A stretch of 64,000 bases of DNA from a candidate division WOR-3 bacterium (GTDB lineage Bacteria; Hydrothermota; Hydrothermia; JBDRYB01): positions 299,413 through 363,412 of the forward strand of contig JBDRYB010000001.1 in NCBI GenBank assembly GCA_039803205.1, written 5' to 3'. Of the stretch, positions 59,565 through 64,000 are shown one piece after another (the first letter of the stretch is position 1; each line of letters starts with the position of its first letter). A program made the translations under genes and the position numbers. Under the pieces are notes generated by a model that was given only the letters and a program-made list of their open reading frames with translations, was not told the DNA's origin and ran no database searches.

Positions 59565-61091
59565 ATGTCTAGCTTGCTTATAGAAATCATGCTCGTAAGT
59601 CAGATCTATGGAAACTGGCCCATGTGGGGAGGCACGCCCACCCACGAATCCGTCCAGCTCATGAAAGGAGCCATAACAAGTCCTGTGATAAAGTGGAGGG
59701 TTGCAACTGAATACATGGTTGAATTGCAATTCTCAGCCATAGCTGATGTGGATGGCGATGGACATGTGGAGGTGGTGATAAGCTCTGGCGACGGGGCCTG
59801 TTGCCTCCGCGGCTCAGACGGAACCCAGAAGTGGGCTTTAACGATTGGTGGGTGGTCCTCTCCCGCGTTAGCTGATGTGGATGGCGATGGACAGATGGAG
59901 GTCGTGATAGGAAGTCTTGACAACAAGGTCTATTGCCTCCGCGGCTCAAACGGGACCCAAAAGTGGGCCTTCACGACGGGATACTCTGTGATTTCCTCCC
60001 CCGCAATAGCTGATTGCGATGGCGACGGCCAGATGGAGGTCGTGATAGGAAGTCTTGACAACAAGGTCTATTGCCTCCGGGGCTCAGACGGGACCCAGAA
60101 GTGGGCCTTCACGACGGGAGACTTAGTGTGGTCCTCCCCAGCCATAGCTGATGTGGATGGCGATGGACAGATGGAGGTCGTGATAGGAAGTCTTGACAAC
60201 AAGGTCTATTGCCTCCGGGGCTCAGACGGGACCCAGAAGTGGGCGTTCACGACATGGGACGATGTGCTGTCCTCTCCAGCCATAGCTGATGTGGATGGCG
60301 ATGGACAGATGGAGGTGGTTATAGGCTCATATGACCACAATGTCTATTGCCTCCGGGGCTCAGACGGGACCCAGAAGTGGGCCTTCACGACGGGAGACTT
60401 AGTGTGGTCCTCCCCAGCCATAGCTGATGTGGATGGCGATGGACAGATGGAGGTGGTTATAGGCTCAGATGATAAGAAGGTCTATTGCCTCCGTGGCTCA
60501 AACGGAACCCAGAAGTGGGCCGCGTCCTTCCCTTCTTCTGTTCACCTTCCCGGAGCGCTAGCGGATGTTGATGGTGATGGTAAGTTTGAGTTCCTGGTTT
60601 CGCAGCTGGGAGTTAAACCTAACATTGACAACCTCTATTGCCTGAACGCTGAGGATGGCTCTGTGGCCTGGAATATACCCCTGGCCTTTGATGTCCACTC
60701 TCCGTTTGCTGGGGACATAGACAGAGACGGGTGCATAGAGATAATCACGGGTACAAATGAGGCTGATGCCTCGGGTTACCGGATCTTCGCCTTAGATGAC
60801 CCTGCCAACGCTACGGGCTGTGGCCCTGTATATGAGGACATAGAGGAGGATCACGGCTCTGGTCCCATTGATTTCAGATCCATTGATCAGGGCCTTTACC
60901 TTTTCATGCCCTGTGAGGCCCAGGTTTCCCTCTCCCTCTACGACGCTCAGGGCAGGCTCGTTCAGAACCTTTATGAAGGCCTCCTGAGCCCCGGCGGCCA
61001 CACCTTCATCCCAAAAACAGAAACAAAGGGCGTTTATCTCGCGGTTCTAAGGTATCAGGGAGGAATCCAGACTGTAAAGCTCATAAGATAA
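59565..61091 (+). CDS. Secreted DxDGDG/PQQ-like beta-propeller with CTD-like tail (copy 2)
   Basis: Seven ADxDGDG blades; LYDAQGRLVQNLY...KGVYL tail; AAGGAG RBS before ATG 59565. Confidence 0.88.
   Translation: MSSLLIEIMLVSQIYGNWPMWGGTPTHESVQLMKGAITSPVIKWRVATEYMVELQFSAIADVDGDGHVEVVISSGDGACCLRGSDGTQKWALTIGGWSSPALADVDGDGQMEVVIGSLDNKVYCLRGSNGTQKWAFTTGYSVISSPAIADCDGDGQMEVVIGSLDNKVYCLRGSDGTQKWAFTTGDLVWSSPAIADVDGDGQMEVVIGSLDNKVYCLRGSDGTQKWAFTTWDDVLSSPAIADVDGDGQMEVVIGSYDHNVYCLRGSDGTQKWAFTTGDLVWSSPAIADVDGDGQMEVVIGSDDKKVYCLRGSNGTQKWAASFPSSVHLPGALADVDGDGKFEFLVSQLGVKPNIDNLYCLNAEDGSVAWNIPLAFDVHSPFAGDIDRDGCIEIITGTNEADASGYRIFALDDPANATGCGPVYEDIEEDHGSGPIDFRSIDQGLYLFMPCEAQVSLSLYDAQGRLVQNLYEGLLSPGGHTFIPKTETKGVYLAVLRYQGGIQTVKLIR
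59741..60559 (+). repeat. Intragenic tandem repeat, 138-bp (46-aa) unit, near-identical at DNA level
   Basis: AGCTGAT unit starts at 59741, 59870, 60008, 60146, 60284 and 60422, with a degenerate copy at 60560. Confidence 0.92.
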
Positions 61092-61095
61092 TCCT

Positions 61096-61146
61096 AAAAG
61101 CCCCGGCTTACATTCTGCACCTCCCGTTCCTGGCCGGGGCTTTTTA
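61096..61146. terminator. Bidirectional-type intrinsic terminator with large loop
   Basis: AAAAGCCCCGGC...GCCGGGGCTTTTT between convergent genes. Confidence 0.8.
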
Positions 61147-61157
61147 TATGCCCTTCT

Positions 61158-63011
61158 TTATTTGCCCTGGAATCGCGGCGGCCACCCCAATCTTGATTCC
61201 ATCTTCAGCTCATTCTTGAACTGCTCCGTAAAATCTTCGTAAAGCTTCTTGGCCCTTTCTGGCATTTTAAGCCGAATTAGGGCTTTCATGGCCATCTCGC
61301 AAGCATCCTCAGAAAAAGGCCTGATAGAAAGCGCTCTTTCGGCAAACCTCAGAGCCTGCTCTGGTTCCTCATCAAGCGAGTATTCGGCCATTCTGGTATA
61401 AACGAGACTGGTAAGTTCCCTCACCTCATCCCTAATATCCTCCAGGAAACCCGGCCTCCAACCCTCCAAAAAATCTCCCCTTATCAGGCTAAGGGCTTTC
61501 TCGTAAATAGGCCTTGCCTCGCTGGTAGGGGCCGAAGCCTCTACTGCCTTGGCCGTGTTCACGAGGTTTCTGAGTTCATCAAGGTCTGTCCGTATTTCAC
61601 AGCCTATCCACGCGCTGGTATGGGATTTATGAGGCTTTATAGCTACGCCCTGGTTCCTGAGGATGGCCCTGGCAAGAGCCGTGAACTTGTAGTAGTTCCT
61701 TCTCGCCCTTTCCAAAGGAAGGCGTGGCCAGAACTCCTGTATGATCCTCTCCCTTGTCAACTCGCCTTTGGCATGAAGGGCAAAGAAAACGAGAACCTCG
61801 CCTGGTCTCCCCTTCTCAAGATGAAAGCGTCCGCGAGGGGTCTCAATCGCGGGTTGTCCCATAACCAAAAGCTTCATCCTGGCCTGTTTGGAACGAGGGC
61901 TCAGCTTCTCAGCTATTTCTCTCAATTCCATTTTATCCGGGAAAACCGAAAGAGCTAGCATGAAGGGTGTAGGCACGGCGTGGGCTATGTAGGAGATGTA
62001 ACCCCAAAGTTCGTGTTCTTTTGTTAGGTTCATCAATGTTTTAATATCCTCCAGGGAATCGCTTTCCAGACCTAATTTGTTCTTGACCGCTATCTTTGCC
62101 CATTTGGCCCAAAGCATGGCCACCCCAAAACCACGGGTCCTCGCCTCAGCTTCTATCTCTTCTATCCTCATCAACGAATCGCCGTTTTGAGGCAAAACAG
62201 ACTCTTTTATAGCCTTTATCTCAAGCGTTGTTTTTAGTCTTCCTACCCTCGCGGCCGAGTTCTCCCCGAGCTCCAGATATAGATTTGCTCTATCAATGTC
62301 CCCCTCAGTTGCGAAGACGATCCCGAGGGACGCAAGGCAGGTAGAAAGCTCCATGGCGGCACCGTGGGCCTTCCTAACCTCCTCTAATGCTTGATTGATG
62401 TGTCGCTTAGCCCTTTCGTATTCGCCCATGCAGATATAACAGAATCCGAGGATATCGTTTTTCACGGCCTCAATCGGAGGAGTATCCTTGGGGCTGTTCG
62501 TGATGAGCTCCACGGTTTCGCGAAAACGCCCTGTCCCGGCCAGCGCCTCTGCCTTCAAGAGCATAGCTGTGGGATCCGTCAGCTTTAGCCCCTCAAGCAG
62601 TTCCAGGGAGTACTCCGGCTCCCCGCGGACCAGGGCCAAGCGCGCCTTGCTCACAAGAGCCACATCTCTCCACTCCATATCCTCAATCTCTTTCACTAAT
62701 CTGGACGCCTCTTTCAGCCTCCCTTGTTCAAGGAGTATCTCTATGTAACCCCGAAGGAACCAAACATATGGCGTTATATCCCCCTTCTTTATGGAAGCAC
62801 TCTTGAGCTTCTGGATGCCCCTCTTGAGAACCTCGGATTCTCCTATTGGGGCGAAGATGTGGGACATGAATATTAAGGCCTGAGCCGCTCCACGCGGGTC
62901 ATCTTCCCCCAGGCAATCGTTAAAGAGGCTTGCGGCAAAGGAGAGAGCTTCATCCGTTTCGCCCCCTTTCCAGAGGAGCCTAAACTTCTGGGCTTTTTGT
63001 CTGTCTAACAT
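61158..63011 (-). CDS. TPR - winged-helix - BTAD transcriptional regulator (copy 3, complete BTAD)
   Basis: LLVMGQP...IQEFWP...TDLDE...LSLIRGDFLEG...RALSIRPFSEDACEMAMKAL...LYEDF...EL; start ATG 63011, 6 nt after TATAAT. Confidence 0.8.
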   Translation of the reverse strand: MLDRQKAQKFRLLWKGGETDEALSFAASLFNDCLGEDDPRGAAQALIFMSHIFAPIGESEVLKRGIQKLKSASIKKGDITPYVWFLRGYIEILLEQGRLKEASRLVKEIEDMEWRDVALVSKARLALVRGEPEYSLELLEGLKLTDPTAMLLKAEALAGTGRFRETVELITNSPKDTPPIEAVKNDILGFCYICMGEYERAKRHINQALEEVRKAHGAAMELSTCLASLGIVFATEGDIDRANLYLELGENSAARVGRLKTTLEIKAIKESVLPQNGDSLMRIEEIEAEARTRGFGVAMLWAKWAKIAVKNKLGLESDSLEDIKTLMNLTKEHELWGYISYIAHAVPTPFMLALSVFPDKMELREIAEKLSPRSKQARMKLLVMGQPAIETPRGRFHLEKGRPGEVLVFFALHAKGELTRERIIQEFWPRLPLERARRNYYKFTALARAILRNQGVAIKPHKSHTSAWIGCEIRTDLDELRNLVNTAKAVEASAPTSEARPIYEKALSLIRGDFLEGWRPGFLEDIRDEVRELTSLVYTRMAEYSLDEEPEQALRFAERALSIRPFSEDACEMAMKALIRLKMPERAKKLYEDFTEQFKNELKMESRLGWPPRFQGK

Positions 63012-63100
63012 GCTTAAATTATAGAGCTCCCGGGTTTCGGGAAACATTTCTGGAAAGCTTCCATTACAAAATTTAGACCTTGCTCATGTGAGGTGATAAC

Positions 63101-64000
63101 ATGATAAACGCACATATAATCGTAACGGCCTTGATGGGCCAGGTCCTTGGAATCTGGCCCATGTGGGGCGGAGAACCTACCCATAGGTCCGTCCAGCTCA
63201 TGAGGGGAGCCATAACAACCCCCGTGATAAAGTGGGGATTCGGCGCATCCAGCTATGTTGAACGCCAGTTTGCCGCTGTGGCCGATGCAGACGGTGATGG
63301 GCATGCTGATGTTGTTTTTGGTTCAAGGGACGGTAAGGTCTACTGTCTCAGAGGCACTAACGGAACAAAGATATGGGACTTCCAAACCGGAAATCAGATT
63401 GTAGGGGTCGTCGCTTCACCAACAGTAGCTGATGTAGATGGAGATGGTGCTAAAGAGGTTGTCGTTGGCTCTGCGGATAGCTATTTCTACTGCATTAGAG
63501 GAAGTGATGGCGTAACAAAATGGATGTTTCAGGTAACCCCGAATAACTATGTTCTGAGCTCGGCGGCTGTGGTTGACCTCGATAGCGATGGGCATATGGA
63601 GGTTATTTTCGGAAGCAACGACACGAGGGTTTACTGTCTGAACGGCACTGATGGCACCATCAAGTGGACATTTACCACTGGAAATTGGGTCCAGTCCTGT
63701 CCTGCCGTGGCCGACTGCGATGGGGATGGTTCCCTAGAGGTGGTCATAGGCTCCTATGACCACAAGGTCTATTGCCTTGCTGGCTCAGACGGAACCCAGA
63801 AGTGGGCATTTACAACAGGAGGCACAGTGTTCTCATCTCCAGCAATAGCTGATGTTGATGGCGATGGGGCTCTTGAGGTCGTGATAGGTAGTTGGGATCA
63901 AAAAATCTACTGCCTGCGCGGATCAGACGGCACCCAAAAATGGGCCTATACAACCCTGGCTTCAGTGAGCGCCTCCCCTTCCCTGGGAGATGTTGATGCT
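63101..64000 (+). CDS. Secreted DxDGDG/PQQ-like beta-propeller (copy 3), runs off the window end (not in ORF track)
   Basis: Manual translation: MINAHIIVTALMGQVLGIWPMWGGEPTHRSVQLMRGAITTPVIKW...ADADGDG...VYCLRGTNGTKIW; GAGGTG RBS. Confidence 0.88.
   Translation, partial: MINAHIIVTALMGQVLGIWPMWGGEPTHRSVQLMRGAITTPVIKWGFGASSYVERQFAAVADADGDGHADVVFGSRDGKVYCLRGTNGTKIWDFQTGNQIVGVVASPTVADVDGDGAKEVVVGSADSYFYCIRGSDGVTKWMFQVTPNNYVLSSAAVVDLDSDGHMEVIFGSNDTRVYCLNGTDGTIKWTFTTGNWVQSCPAVADCDGDGSLEVVIGSYDHKVYCLAGSDGTQKWAFTTGGTVFSSPAIADVDGDGALEVVIGSWDQKIYCLRGSDGTQKWAYTTLASVSASPSLGDVDA

Noticed and set aside
59741..60559. Regularly spaced repeats as a CRISPR array or DGR template/variable repeat
   Set aside because: Units are contiguous in-frame 138-bp coding repeats with no unique spacers; no cas or reverse transcriptase gene in the window; differences are not adenine-specific
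63014..63304. 96-aa minus-strand ORF
   Set aside because: Antisense to propeller copy 3 and overlapping its promoter region; no coding features

Overview
Gene-dense chromosomal window from a diderm bacterium. Many secreted proteins end in a T9SS-CTD-like tail, which suggests an FCB-related or candidate-phylum organism such as WOR-3 (inference only). Housekeeping blocks: accC, holA, an ABC exporter, ispG, proS-rimP-nusA-infB, bamD-nadD, asnS, lat, mreBCD-mrdA-rodA, three tRNAs and scattered polysaccharide genes. The most notable structure is a module that occurs three times between 49.2 and 64 kb: a TPR / winged-helix / BTAD (SARP-like, reversed domain order) regulator transcribed divergently from a secreted DxDGDG/PQQ-like beta-propeller gene. 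Two copies carry different 11-bp-periodic direct repeats just upstream of the propeller gene's -10 box, and both of those propeller genes end in a conserved hairpin with an anti-Shine-Dalgarno-like loop. Other points: an intact Ser/Thr kinase-UvrD helicase fusion, -10 boxes lying 6-9 nt before about 16 start codons (probable leaderless mRNAs), and very short signal peptides. No integrase, transposase, CRISPR array or reverse transcriptase was seen. All calls come from reading motifs by eye; no searches were run.
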